The translations under genes and the position numbers were made by a program. Of a DNA stretch of 64,000 nt, positions 1-9,171 are shown in pieces; position 1 is the first letter of the stretch, and the number at the start of each line of letters is the position of its first letter. The stretch comes from an uncultured Desulfuromonadales bacterium. Its GTDB lineage: Bacteria > Desulfobacterota > Desulfuromonadia > Geobacterales > Pseudopelobacteraceae. The stretch covers positions 9 to 64,008 of the forward strand of contig CAIPTY010000036.1 of assembly GCA_903868145.1 (NCBI GenBank). Direction: 5' to 3'. The notes below the pieces were generated by a model. The model did no database searches. It was not told the DNA's origin and saw nothing but the letters and a program-made list of their open reading frames with translations.

Positions 1-3000
1 TTGTATAGTTGGCGTTGTCGAGGGTCAGGTTGGTCAGGCTGGAGATATTCTGGCTGCCGAAGTTTTTGCCGGCGAGCGTACCGGTACCCCCAACTGTTAC
101 GGTGTCGCTTCCAACCTTGTTGGATACGGTGAGTAGTGATCCGGCGATTGAGGTGGTGCCGTCATACGCCCTGCCGCCGGTCAGGGTGATGGGTCGCTGG
201 CTGACCGTCCAGGTCACCGCATTGCCGGCGGACAAGACGTAGGCGCTGTTACCCAAGGTGATGCCATTAAGAAAAGGCGTCAGGCTGTAGGTGGTGGCGT
301 TGGACGTCGACGTGGGGGGCGTGCCGGACAGATAGCTGGACCCTGATGGCGATACCACGCTGGGCGAAGCATCGGCCACCGCCGTCATGCCACTGGTCCA
401 CGTGGGTGACAGGAAGTAGCCAAAGGTATAGACCGGCGCGTTGCCATATACGCTACTGCTGGTGATCAGGTCGAGATAGATGGGTGTCGTGAATTTCTGC
501 CACACAAAGGTGGGATACCCCTGATTCCCGCCGGCGTCGACTTTCCAGGTATTTGCAAAATCCCAAGCGGGATTCACGTTGCCATTGGCTGCGGTTGCCG
601 AAGTGAAATTGGCTTGCAGCTTCATGTTAGCAGTGCTCATGCCCCAGAATTGTCCCGCCACATCAGCGGCACCTCCAGCACCAGTTGCAGCACTGCCTTT
701 ACCGTTGGTTCGTCCGGTGGTTTGATTGTCGTAAAACGAATTCGTAATCGCTGCGCCACTAGAGACACCAACCAGTCCGCCCGTCCACGCGGCACCACCA
801 GAGGAAACAGCGCCAGTGGCATAGCTATTGGTAATTCCCGTGCCGTAGCCAGCCAGCCCACCAACCGATCCTGTGCCTGTGACACTTCCTGTGGCATAGC
901 TATTACTGATTGTGGCGACGTTACCCCAGGATGCCCCGCCAACCAACCCGCCCACGCTCGAAGTTCCGTTGACATTGCCAGTGGCGTAGCTGTACCGCAC
1001 AGTACTCCTGTTATCTCCGACCAACCCGCCAGCCCGACTTCCGCCGTTAACTGCGCCCGTCGCATAACTATTGCTTACGATCCCTCCGCTTAAGTTCATT
1101 CCAACTAAGCCGCCACCAATGGCATTGACAACGGTAACGCCACTTGTGGCATAGCTGTTATAGACCGTGCCACCATTAAGCCCAACGAGCGAGCCAACCC
1201 CCGAATACGCATCAAGACTCCCCCCAAGTAACCCCACATTTCGAGCCACTCCACCAGTGTCGATTTTTCCAATAAGACCAAACCCGTATCCAGCGCCTGG
1301 AACATTAATAAAATTAGTACCCAATGTAATGGTGTGTCCCAATCCATCGAACGTTCCAGTGAAAGGCGATGCGGAGCTACCAATTGGCGAAAAGCCTGTG
1401 CTGGCATTCCATGCGGAGGCACTGGTCGCATCAATGTTCGTACCCAGCACATAATTGGTGGTTAAGTTTGCCGTCGCAGCCATGCCCTGCAAGGTAGCCG
1501 CGCCGCCCGTGGCATCGGTAGCAACGCCCAAGCTGGTAATCACGGTGTAGTTTTTAACCGCACCATCCGAGCCCTGCTTGGTGGTGAAGTTAGTCGTGCC
1601 TGCGGGGAGGTTCACCACGCCGCCAGTCGTGGTGATGTTGCTGGTATTGCCTGCCGCGACTGCGCCCTGACCGTAGTACAGCGCGAGGCTGGCGGTGCTG
1701 GTTGCCGTCATGGTCGCGTTGATATTGATATTGCGATACGCATTCAATGTGAGCAAATTGGCAGACCACGAGACGGCATCGTTCACAAAAATATCGCCAT
1801 TACCCGCAACAGTGCCCGTACCACATCCGGCAACACCGGTGCAAGTCACCGAGCCAACTGCGGTTTGAATCGTCACGGCCCCGGCACTTAGTGCTGACGT
1901 TAATGCTGCTCCGGTGATGTCGCCGCCACTGGCGGCGATGGTGAAGTCATAGGGGTCAAGCAACCATGAGCCAGACAAGCCCATTGCTGCTGCAGTACCA
2001 ATGCGGGCGGTGTCGCTTACCTTCACATGCGCACCTGATGTTTCCACAAACCCGCCGTTACCCCCGTTTGGAGCAGACGCATCCAGGGTTCCACTCACCG
2101 TCGTGGTGCCGCCTTCCATGTCTGACACCAGCAGGATGCGCCCCGATTTGTTGTCCAGTGTCTGCGCCTCGATAATGCCACTGTTATTGACCGCCGCCTT
2201 GGTCAGAGTGCTGGCCGCCTTGGCGGTCATAACCACCATGCCTCCGTCGGCCTTGATCAGACCCTTGTTTTCGGCCAGGGCATCCACGGCCCCTTTATCC
2301 ACGGTGTAGCTGATCAGGCCGTCGCCGGTGAAATCAAGTGACACCTGGTTTCCTGCCGCCAGCAGCACGCTGCCGCCGTTGGCTGTGATGCTGCCTTCGT
2401 TCTGCACTTTTGGGGCGATCAGGGCAACGACACCACCCGGCATGGCGTTGATGACGCCCTGATTGATGACCGAACCGGCGTTGCCGGGGTTGGTGAAGGT
2501 GAATTTATTGGCCAGGAAGTCGCTGTCCTGCATGTTCAGGCTGGAGGCCACCAGTCCGCCGACATCGACACGGGCACTGCTGCCGAAGATGATGCCGCTG
2601 GGATTGAGCAGGAATACCTTGCCATTGGCTGAGAGGGAACCAAGTATCTGCGATGGGTTCTGATCCTGGATGCGGTTGAGCGCGGTGGACGAGCTGTTGG
2701 GCTGAATGAATCTGACACCGGCGCCAGATCCGATGTTAAAGGTGTTCCAGTTGGCAATCAACTGCTGGCTGGACTGATTGACCGTCATCTGGCTGCCGCT
2801 GGTGGCGATGCTGCCGCTGCCGGTGGTTATCCTGCCACCGGTCGGCAAAGCGCCGGGGTCAAGGGCAAAGGCTGCCCCGCCCGCCGCCAGCAGCGCAGCA
2901 ACGGTAAGCGCGCCGACGGTGCCGCCGGGGCAGCTCCCTCTGGCGGATACCTTTTCCGACGCAACGACCCACATTTCCCTGGCTTTCGACCAGATCAGGC

Positions 3001-3016
3001 GATAAATTCTGTTCAT
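1..3016 (-). CDS. Two-partner-secretion exoprotein (TpsA): filamentous-haemagglutinin-type N-terminal TPS domain followed by GLUG-type repeats. The 5' end is complete; the 3' end runs off the window.
   Basis: It is missing from the ORF track because it has no stop inside the window. The ATG is at 3016-3014, preceded by AAGGAG. Hand translation of the minus strand gives MNRIYRLIWSKAREMWVVASEKVSARGSCPGG..., an extended TpsA-type signal peptide. This is followed by LIANWNTFNIGSGAGVRFIQPNSSSTALNRIQDQNPSQILGSLSANGKVFLLNPSGIIFG, a TPS domain with NxxFNIG and NPSGI motifs. Around 1140-1300 I hand-translated PGAGYGFGLIGKIDTGGVARNVGLLGGSLDAYSGVGSLVGLNGGTVYNSYATSG, which are GLUG-like repeats. No listed minus-strand ORF shares this frame (coordinate mod 3 = 1), consistent with it staying open to the window edge. 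It lies directly downstream of a TpsB gene. Confidence 0.85.
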   Translation of the reverse strand, partial: MNRIYRLIWSKAREMWVVASEKVSARGSCPGGTVGALTVAALLAAGGAAFALDPGALPTGGRITTGSGSIATSGSQMTVNQSSQQLIANWNTFNIGSGAGVRFIQPNSSSTALNRIQDQNPSQILGSLSANGKVFLLNPSGIIFGSSARVDVGGLVASSLNMQDSDFLANKFTFTNPGNAGSVINQGVINAMPGGVVALIAPKVQNEGSITANGGSVLLAAGNQVSLDFTGDGLISYTVDKGAVDALAENKGLIKADGGMVVMTAKAASTLTKAAVNNSGIIEAQTLDNKSGRILLVSDMEGGTTTVSGTLDASAPNGGNGGFVETSGAHVKVSDTARIGTAAAMGLSGSWLLDPYDFTIAASGGDITGAALTSALSAGAVTIQTAVGSVTCTGVAGCGTGTVAGNGDIFVNDAVSWSANLLTLNAYRNININATMTATSTASLALYYGQGAVAAGNTSNITTTGGVVNLPAGTTNFTTKQGSDGAVKNYTVITSLGVATDATGGAATLQGMAATANLTTNYVLGTNIDATSASAWNASTGFSPIGSSASPFTGTFDGLGHTITLGTNFINVPGAGYGFGLIGKIDTGGVARNVGLLGGSLDAYSGVGSLVGLNGGTVYNSYATSGVTVVNAIGGGLVGMNLSGGIVSNSYATGAVNGGSRAGGLVGDNRSTVRYSYATGNVNGTSSVGGLVGGASWGNVATISNSYATGSVTGTGSVGGLAGYGTGITNSYATGAVSSGGAAWTGGLVGVSSGAAITNSFYDNQTTGRTNGKGSAATGAGGAADVAGQFWGMSTANMKLQANFTSATAANGNVNPAWDFANTWKVDAGGNQGYPTFVWQKFTTPIYLDLITSSSVYGNAPVYTFGYFLSPTWTSGMTAVADASPSVVSPSGSSYLSGTPPTSTSNATTYSLTPFLNGITLGNSAYVLSAGNAVTWTVSQRPITLTGGRAYDGTTSIAGSLLTVSNKVGSDTVTVGGTGTLAGKNFGSQNISSLTNLTLDNANYT

Positions 3017-3062
3017 ATTATATTCTCCTTTGTACGGGAAATTGATTGTGTATTCAGAGCCT

Positions 3063-4763
3063 TCAGAAAAACAGCATCCCCTGCAACCAGAAGCGGTTGG
3101 CTTCGGATCGGCCATCGGAATCCTTGCCGGTCATGCTGCGACCGGGGTTATCGCCGATGACATGGGCCCAGCTTGAACGCAGCGAGAAGATGCCGTTGAA
3201 GGAGTAATTGACGCCCAGACCCGCGCCCTGCAGCCAGTAATCGTTCTTGTTGGTTGCCGTGCCGAGCGGTACGGTGGTGAAAAACTTGCGCTGGCTGACA
3301 AAACCGGCGTCATAGAAGCCCGCTGCCTGAATACTGCCCCAGGATGCAGGGGCGGGGATGTCATAGCGCAGGTCTACGTTGAAGATGTGCCCCTGATCGC
3401 CCCCACCTTCACCGACCGGGTAGGAACGGACACCGCTGGGACCGCCCAGGTAGAGCTTTTCGCTGCTGCCCAGGTTATCGCCGGAAAGCTGCCCGCTGTA
3501 GGAGAGGTTGATTGTGGTGCGATCCACCAGGCGTTGCAGGCGGGTGACGCCGAAGTTGTAGCGGGTAAAGGCGCCCTGGGTTCTGGTGATGTTGGCATCG
3601 GCGATGGATTCGTGGTAGTGGCCGGTGGTGGCGCTGATGTTCCAGGTGCTGTAGCCGCCCCCCAGAATGGTGTCGTACGTATCGCCGCTTACACCGATGA
3701 CGCCGCTGTTGATCTGCCTGTCGCTGGTGTCAACGTTGCTGGAGCTGTCGGTGAGCGCCTTGAATGAGTAGGTCAGCGAGGTGCTGATATTGGCGGTGCG
3801 GCTGCGCAGTACCGGATAGCTGAGGCCCGCGTCAACGCTGTGGCTCTGGCCTTCGGGCTTCAGAGACTGGGTGGAACCGGAGATTATGTCGTAGTGCATG
3901 CCGGTGTAGGCCAGGTTGGCCTTGAGCCCCCGTGAACCGATAGGGGCGGTGTAGCCAAAACGCCCCGAGGTGAGCCCTTCGGAGCCGGTAATCATCAGTG
4001 TCATCTGGTCGCCGTAGCGGAATGGATCGTTGATGGATAAGAGGCCGTTGCCCCTCCAGGAACCGGTGTAACGGTTACCGTAGTTGTCGCCCCAGATGTT
4101 GCCGGTGAAGAGGCGTCCTTCGGTGACATCGATCTCGATGCCGCTGCTGCCGGGCTGTGCGCCTGCAGCCAGCGAGGCCTTGGCGGTGACTCCGGGGAGG
4201 TCGTTCATCAGCAATACGGCACGCTCAAGCCTTTTCTCGTTCAGCGGCTGATCGGGGCAAATAGCATGCTTACCGATGTCGCGCAGTACACCGTCCCTGA
4301 TACGGGCTGAACTGGTGCGCTTGATGGTGAGAGCGCCGTCGACTTTACCCTGGACAATAGCTATTTCAACCGTACCGGAGGTCACATCCTGACCCGGCAG
4401 ATAGGCGCGTGCCAGAAACCACCCCTTTTCCTTGAGAAAGGCGCTGACCTTTTCGGCCACGCCCTGCAACTCGCCAAAGGAATGGCTCTTGCCGACGAAA
4501 CCTGCTACGACACGCTGAAGTTCCGGTTCCGTGGCAAGTCCTTCGTAACCGCTGAACCTGAAGGCTTTGACGTCTACCCTGACACCGGAATCGGCGAGTG
4601 GCTGACGTTCTTTGGACTCTTCCGCCTTCGGCAACTGCTGTGGAAGCTGCCGCTGGGGCTGCTGCTCACGCAGAAGCTGACCGGAATCCGGCGCTGACGC
4701 AGCATTGGTAGCGACGGCGACGGTGAAGAGAAATAGCAATAAGACGAGAGTTTTTCGGTGCAT
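3063..4763 (-). CDS. TpsB outer-membrane transporter (ShlB/FhaC/HecB family haemolysin activator/secretion protein)
   Basis: This is ORF 3063-4883. I start it at the internal ATG 4763 (MHRKTLVLLLFLFTVAVATNAASA, a signal peptide), which is preceded by AGGAG. It has a POTRA-like N-terminal region and a beta-barrel that ends ...RFWLQGMLFF with a terminal aromatic residue. It sits 46 nt upstream of the TpsA start. Confidence 0.9.
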   Translation of the reverse strand: MHRKTLVLLLFLFTVAVATNAASAPDSGQLLREQQPQRQLPQQLPKAEESKERQPLADSGVRVDVKAFRFSGYEGLATEPELQRVVAGFVGKSHSFGELQGVAEKVSAFLKEKGWFLARAYLPGQDVTSGTVEIAIVQGKVDGALTIKRTSSARIRDGVLRDIGKHAICPDQPLNEKRLERAVLLMNDLPGVTAKASLAAGAQPGSSGIEIDVTEGRLFTGNIWGDNYGNRYTGSWRGNGLLSINDPFRYGDQMTLMITGSEGLTSGRFGYTAPIGSRGLKANLAYTGMHYDIISGSTQSLKPEGQSHSVDAGLSYPVLRSRTANISTSLTYSFKALTDSSSNVDTSDRQINSGVIGVSGDTYDTILGGGYSTWNISATTGHYHESIADANITRTQGAFTRYNFGVTRLQRLVDRTTINLSYSGQLSGDNLGSSEKLYLGGPSGVRSYPVGEGGGDQGHIFNVDLRYDIPAPASWGSIQAAGFYDAGFVSQRKFFTTVPLGTATNKNDYWLQGAGLGVNYSFNGIFSLRSSWAHVIGDNPGRSMTGKDSDGRSEANRFWLQGMLFF

Positions 4764-4872
4764 GGCAGCTCCTTGGCTGAGGATCAGAATATATTGTGAT
4801 CGTTGCATACGTATGTACTGAAAATAAATGGCGCTGAATTTAACATTACTAAAATCCTCTTCGCTACTGACG

Positions 4873-4892
4873 AATCCTGACAAATCCTGACA
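4873..4892. promoter_or_regulatory. Perfect tandem 10-bp direct repeat (AATCCTGACA x2) in the divergent TpsB / response-regulator intergenic region; candidate OmpR-family binding site
   Basis: The sequence cgAATCCTGACAAATCCTGACAaa was read directly. One-helical-turn direct repeats are the usual site architecture for winged-helix OmpR/PhoB regulators. One such regulator is encoded 112 nt away. Confidence 0.35.
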
Positions 4893-5003
4893 AACTTAAT
4901 TTTGTTGTGATTTTCATGCATATTCATCCCTGTTTTCTGTTTCATATTTTTAGTTGTGTGATAAATTACGCGGCGCTTACTGAAAATATCGGGAGAGTGA
5001 AAC

Positions 5004-5732
5004 GTGCGGATTACAACTCCACCCACTGAAAAACCACCCTGCGTAATCGCAATTGTGGAAGATGAACCTGAGATACGCGCCCTTGTTGCCAGATTTCTTG
5101 AATCACACGGCTTTGTGGTCTGGACGGCGGATTCGGCAGAGAGTTTTTATCGTGAGCTGGTGGGCAGACATACCGATCTGGTGGTTGTGGACCTGGGATT
5201 GCCGGGCGAAGATGGGTTGAGCCTTATTGCCCATCTGCACGCCAACGGGGAACACGCTATAGTGGCGTTGACGGCGCGGGGAACGCCTGATGATCAATCT
5301 ATCGGCCTGGATGCCGGTGCGGACTACTACTTCGTCAAACCGGTTGATCCGCAGCTTCTTATTTCCGGGATCAACGCAGTTTTACGCAGACGATCCGGCT
5401 TTATCATCCCCCCTGCTGACGATGGCACCGGTACATGGCTGCTCGTGCAGGAAGAGGGGACGCTGGTGACGCCAAACGGCTTATCGCTTTCTCTCACCTC
5501 ACGCGAGGTGCTGCTGCTGGAGTGCCTGATGGGTCATGAACATGCTGTTATTTCAAAGGGACAGTTGCTGGAGTTGTTCAAACAAGGAAACGACGAAGGT
5601 GATTTCAATCGTATTGAAGCCCTGATCTCCCGCCTGCGCGGCAAGGTAATGAGCGCTTCTGGGCTGCGTTTGCCGGTACGTTCAGTTTATGGCCAGGGGT
5701 TGTCGTTCGTCGGTCACGGCATGGTAAAGTAG
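5004..5732 (+). CDS. OmpR/PhoB-family response regulator (REC domain plus winged-helix domain)
   Basis: It has a GTG start after GGGAGAG. The REC domain reads VIAIVEDEPEIRALV...DLVVVDLGLPGEDG...ALTARG. The C-terminal trans_reg_C-like region reads LTSREVLLLECLM...RIEALISRLRGK. Confidence 0.9.
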   Translation: MRITTPPTEKPPCVIAIVEDEPEIRALVARFLESHGFVVWTADSAESFYRELVGRHTDLVVVDLGLPGEDGLSLIAHLHANGEHAIVALTARGTPDDQSIGLDAGADYYFVKPVDPQLLISGINAVLRRRSGFIIPPADDGTGTWLLVQEEGTLVTPNGLSLSLTSREVLLLECLMGHEHAVISKGQLLELFKQGNDEGDFNRIEALISRLRGKVMSASGLRLPVRSVYGQGLSFVGHGMVK

Positions 5733-5771
5733 ATACCGTCCGAGTGGGAGCGGTATATTGAAGGTCAATCC

Positions 5772-7151
5772 ATGAAAATTGATATAAAAACGCTTGCGGT
5801 TATACTCTGTCTCAGCAGCTTTCTCCATGTTATTGGGCTTTCAGTGCTGTACCGCATAAACATGGTTCGCAGGGGGCTTGGCTGCTGGTTAACCGGGAAT
5901 GCGCTCTGGGCACTGGGGTTTGTCTTCAACTTTGTGCGAGATGTGCCCGGTGTCGGCCCGTTTGCAATTGTCGCCAACAACGCCCTGTTCATGTCCGGAC
6001 TGGCGTTCATCCATATCGGCGTGCAGCGTTTCTTTGACCGGGACGAACACCACGCGTGGCTGGTGGCCTTCTGCACGTTTGCAACCGTGACGGCCTTTTA
6101 TTTCACCTTTATTGATAACGATCTGGCGGCCCGGCGGGTTAATTTCTCCTTCGGCAGTGGCATACTGTTACTTGCAATCGCCCGTGCCCTCTCGGTAAAC
6201 CGGACCCATCCGCTTGCCTCATCTACATTTGCTCTACGCGCGGTGTTTCTCGTCGGGGGTATTTTCTTTGTGCTACGGGGCCTGACACCGTTTATCGGCG
6301 CAGATGTGGGCAGCATTTTTTCCGCTACACTGACCCAGACTGCAACCTATGTGGTTGCGCTTGTTATCAGCACCCTCTGGACCCTGGGCTTCATCATCTT
6401 GATCAACCAGCGCCTGGCTTTTGAGACCCGGCAAGCAAATGAGCTGGCCGAGGATGCGCGCCGTGCCGAGCACATGATGCTGCTGGAACAGCGGCAGTTT
6501 CTCAGTATGATGAGCCACGAGTTCCGCACCTCGTTGGCAGTGGCCGATTTTGCTGCGGCAAACCTGACGGAGGTGCCGCCGCTTGATCAGGACGACATTG
6601 ACCGGCGGGCACAGATGATCCGGCGGGCAACCGGTTCAATGTCGCAGTTGATTGAAAACTGCATGAGCAATGAACGGATCGAGTTGGGTGGATTTAAACT
6701 GATGCGTCAAGAGACCGATATCAATCAGCTGATTTCTGAGGCGACTCATCTGGTGAACGTGTCGCCATATCACCACCTGCAGATCGAGTGTGACGAGGCA
6801 ACGCCCATATGGTCGCTTGATCCGACGCTGATGAGGATTGCGTTGTCTAACCTGGTTGACAATGCGGTCAAATATTCTACAGGGGGTACGATAACGGTGC
6901 GGAAGCGGCGATCCGGCGACGCTCTGAGCATTACGGTGGCAAATCAGGGGTCTGGTATCAGCGCAGATGAATCAGAGAAACTGTTTCACAAGTTTGTACG
7001 GGGTTCCGCTGCCAATCGGGGCAAGGGGATACGGGGCACCGGCCTGGGACTGTTCATCAGCCAGCACATTGCCCGGGCCCACGGTGGTGATGTTCGGCTG
7101 CTGTCAGGTGAGAAAGAGGCTACGGTGTTTGAGATCAGGATACCTGAATGA
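5772..7151 (+). CDS. Membrane sensor histidine kinase (multi-TM N-terminus, HisKA plus HATPase_c)
   Basis: About six hydrophobic segments occupy the first ~210 aa. The H-box is MSHEFRTSL, the N-box is LVDNAVKYS, and the G-boxes are GTGLGLFISQHIARAHGG. It lies immediately downstream of the response regulator. Confidence 0.9.
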   Translation: MKIDIKTLAVILCLSSFLHVIGLSVLYRINMVRRGLGCWLTGNALWALGFVFNFVRDVPGVGPFAIVANNALFMSGLAFIHIGVQRFFDRDEHHAWLVAFCTFATVTAFYFTFIDNDLAARRVNFSFGSGILLLAIARALSVNRTHPLASSTFALRAVFLVGGIFFVLRGLTPFIGADVGSIFSATLTQTATYVVALVISTLWTLGFIILINQRLAFETRQANELAEDARRAEHMMLLEQRQFLSMMSHEFRTSLAVADFAAANLTEVPPLDQDDIDRRAQMIRRATGSMSQLIENCMSNERIELGGFKLMRQETDINQLISEATHLVNVSPYHHLQIECDEATPIWSLDPTLMRIALSNLVDNAVKYSTGGTITVRKRRSGDALSITVANQGSGISADESEKLFHKFVRGSAANRGKGIRGTGLGLFISQHIARAHGGDVRLLSGEKEATVFEIRIPE

Positions 7152-7273
7152 GAAACGTACCCGGTGGGCAGGGGTTTGGAAAAATACGGACTTTCTCAGT
7201 CATTTCCTTTGTGTTCTCTGCGTCTCTGTGGTAATGAAGCTCTCTAAAATCACATGTCGGGAGCTGGACGGGT

Positions 7274-7546
7274 ATGGAATTTGACAAGAGCAGACAATTT
7301 TCATCCGAAGCTGAGATATTAAAGGTGCTTGGTCATCCGATCCGGCTCAAGATTGTGGCGGGGCTCTGTACGAAAGAGTGTAACGTCAAACACATCTGGG
7401 AGTGCCTCGAGTTGCCCCAGGCCACCGTTTCCCAGCATCTGGCGCTCCTGAAACACAAAGGGATCATCGAGGGAAAACGTGAGGGGGTTGAGGTTCATTA
7501 CCGCGTCATCAATCCGCTGGCCAAAAAGATCATTGCCACTCTGTAA
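7274..7546 (+). CDS. ArsR/SmtB-family transcriptional regulator
   Basis: The 90-aa protein contains the HTH_5 signature LKVLGHPIRLKIVAGL...ATVSQHLALLKHKGII. Confidence 0.85.
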   Translation: MEFDKSRQFSSEAEILKVLGHPIRLKIVAGLCTKECNVKHIWECLELPQATVSQHLALLKHKGIIEGKREGVEVHYRVINPLAKKIIATL

Positions 7547-8372
7547 CCTGACTGCCGGGCTTTCTGGCTACCAGGTAAAACACCTCGTACGTCGCGGGAA
7601 TGGCTCCTCCTGATTGAAAACGCTCCTGATACACCCTGGATGTCTCATCCAGAATTCTGCGCCAGCCCAATCCCCCCCCACCATGTCTATGTGCACCCGC
7701 CCCGATATTTTTGATTGACCGTAATAATTCAAACATATCCGCATGATACTCGATTTCAATCTCGCTCGTCAGCAGCGCACCGTCAAAACCTGCCCGCTCA
7801 AGGGACTGCCTGACTTCCGCCATCTCCCTGAAGGTATGCAGACGGTTCAGCAGAACATTTCCTCTCTCGCCGAATCGCTCCACCATATAACGGCAACATT
7901 CCCGCAGCTCCCGCAGGGTGTTGCCGCCAAAAAACGCGATGCAGAGCAGGCTGTCAGAGCTCATTACCCGGTGGCATTCCTGAAAAAAACCATCCAGATC
8001 TGCCAGCCATTGCAGTGTCGATGTAGATACCAGCAAATCCGTCGATCCCCGGCGGAAAGGCAGCAGTCCGGCATCCGCCTGCACGAGCGTTACTCCCGGG
8101 CCGAGGCGCTCTCGGGAGCGGCAGAGCATGGAATACGCCAGATCAAGTCCGCTCAGCCGACTCTCCGGATACAGACGACGCAGAGAATCGAGCAGCAGAC
8201 CGGTTCCGCAGCCGATATCAAGTACAGACGCAGGCGCAGCGGAAAGATGGCTCTGCACAAGCTCTACGAGTCGTCCGATCACCCGTTTCTGGACGGAAGC
8301 ATGCCGGTCGTACTGCGGGGCATGGCGGTTAAATGCACCGGATACGCTATGGGTGTCGCGCACTATTTCCAC
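7530..8372 (-). CDS. bioC: Malonyl-ACP O-methyltransferase (BioC-like class I SAM methyltransferase)
   Basis: The sequence FNRHAPQYDRHASVQKRV...VLDIGCGTGLL carries SAM motif I. It is the last gene of a bioF-bioH-bioC run, and its start overlaps the bioH 3' end. Confidence 0.75.
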   Translation of the reverse strand: MEIVRDTHSVSGAFNRHAPQYDRHASVQKRVIGRLVELVQSHLSAAPASVLDIGCGTGLLLDSLRRLYPESRLSGLDLAYSMLCRSRERLGPGVTLVQADAGLLPFRRGSTDLLVSTSTLQWLADLDGFFQECHRVMSSDSLLCIAFFGGNTLRELRECCRYMVERFGERGNVLLNRLHTFREMAEVRQSLERAGFDGALLTSEIEIEYHADMFELLRSIKNIGAGAHRHGGGGLGWRRILDETSRVYQERFQSGGAIPATYEVFYLVARKPGSQVTEWQ

Positions 8373-9171
8373 TCACATTCTCCACAAAATCCTTCACACA
8401 GGCATTAAACTCTGCCGGACGAGTCAGGAACGGGGCGTGCCCGCAACCGGCAAATACAAACCGTTCGGCCTTCGGCATCCTGTCTGCCATGAAACCGGAT
8501 GCCCCCGGCAGGCAGATATCATCCTGATCGCCGTTCACAATCAGCGTTGGAATATCAATCAGACTCAGGCTCTCACGGATATCGGTATCAATCAGTGACG
8601 TTAGCGCCTGCAGGGCTGCGGATGTGTCGGGCAGGGGAACCGCGGCGAGCAGTTCTTGCACCTGATATGCCTGCGCCGGAGTTTCCAGCTCACCCGACGC
8701 GAACATGCGTGCGGAAAAGCCGTCCCGGGCACGCTGAATATTTCTCTTGACCTTGAGCGCCATACCTTCCGCTTCTGCCAGCGGCAATCCGTGAGGATAC
8801 CCGGCTGTCCGCGTAAATCGCGGGGTGGCACCGATCAAGACCAGAGCGGACAATCGGTCTGCAAGCAGACGCGATGCGGCAACTGCGATTTGGGCGCCAA
8901 GCGACCAGCCAAGCAATACTGCGCCCTGAAGATCGAGTTGCGTAAACAGATCTGCAATCGCTTCGGCACATCCAGCCAGAGAAAATCCCTCCGAAGGAGG
9001 CGAGGACAGGCCATGACCCGGCAGATCGAGCGTTACCAGCCGGAAGGTTCCACCCAGCCCTTCAATCTGAGGAGCCCAGATCGCAGATGACATACACCAG
9101 CCATGAAGCAGCACAAGCGGCGTTCCACCCCCCTGAACCTGATACCAGACCCTCCCGCTGCGACAGTACAT
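8347..9171 (-). CDS. bioH: Alpha/beta hydrolase, BioH-like pimeloyl-ACP methyl ester esterase
   Basis: It has LVLLHGW, the nucleophile elbow GWSLG, and His in GCGHAPF. I start it at ATG 9171 ([12 protein letters not shown]), which overlaps the bioF TGA by 1 nt. Its position between bioF and bioC supports the call. Confidence 0.7.
   Translation of the reverse strand: MYCRSGRVWYQVQGGGTPLVLLHGWCMSSAIWAPQIEGLGGTFRLVTLDLPGHGLSSPPSEGFSLAGCAEAIADLFTQLDLQGAVLLGWSLGAQIAVAASRLLADRLSALVLIGATPRFTRTAGYPHGLPLAEAEGMALKVKRNIQRARDGFSARMFASGELETPAQAYQVQELLAAVPLPDTSAALQALTSLIDTDIRESLSLIDIPTLIVNGDQDDICLPGASGFMADRMPKAERFVFAGCGHAPFLTRPAEFNACVKDFVENVSGNSARHP

Noticed and set aside
9-3005. Many 60-160-aa ORFs on both strands (for example 614-1093 +, 637-1065 -, 1105-1452 -, 2001-2309 +, 2778-3005 +).
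   Set aside because: They are shadow ORFs inside the long TpsA frame (minus strand, start 3016). Their translations are low-complexity Pro/Ser/Ala/Arg strings typical of off-frame reading of GC-rich repeats.
4764-4883. A 40-codon N-terminal extension of the TpsB ORF (MSGFVSSEEDF...).
   Set aside because: The extension is AT-rich and has no RBS. The internal ATG at 4763 has AGGAG and starts a proper signal peptide.
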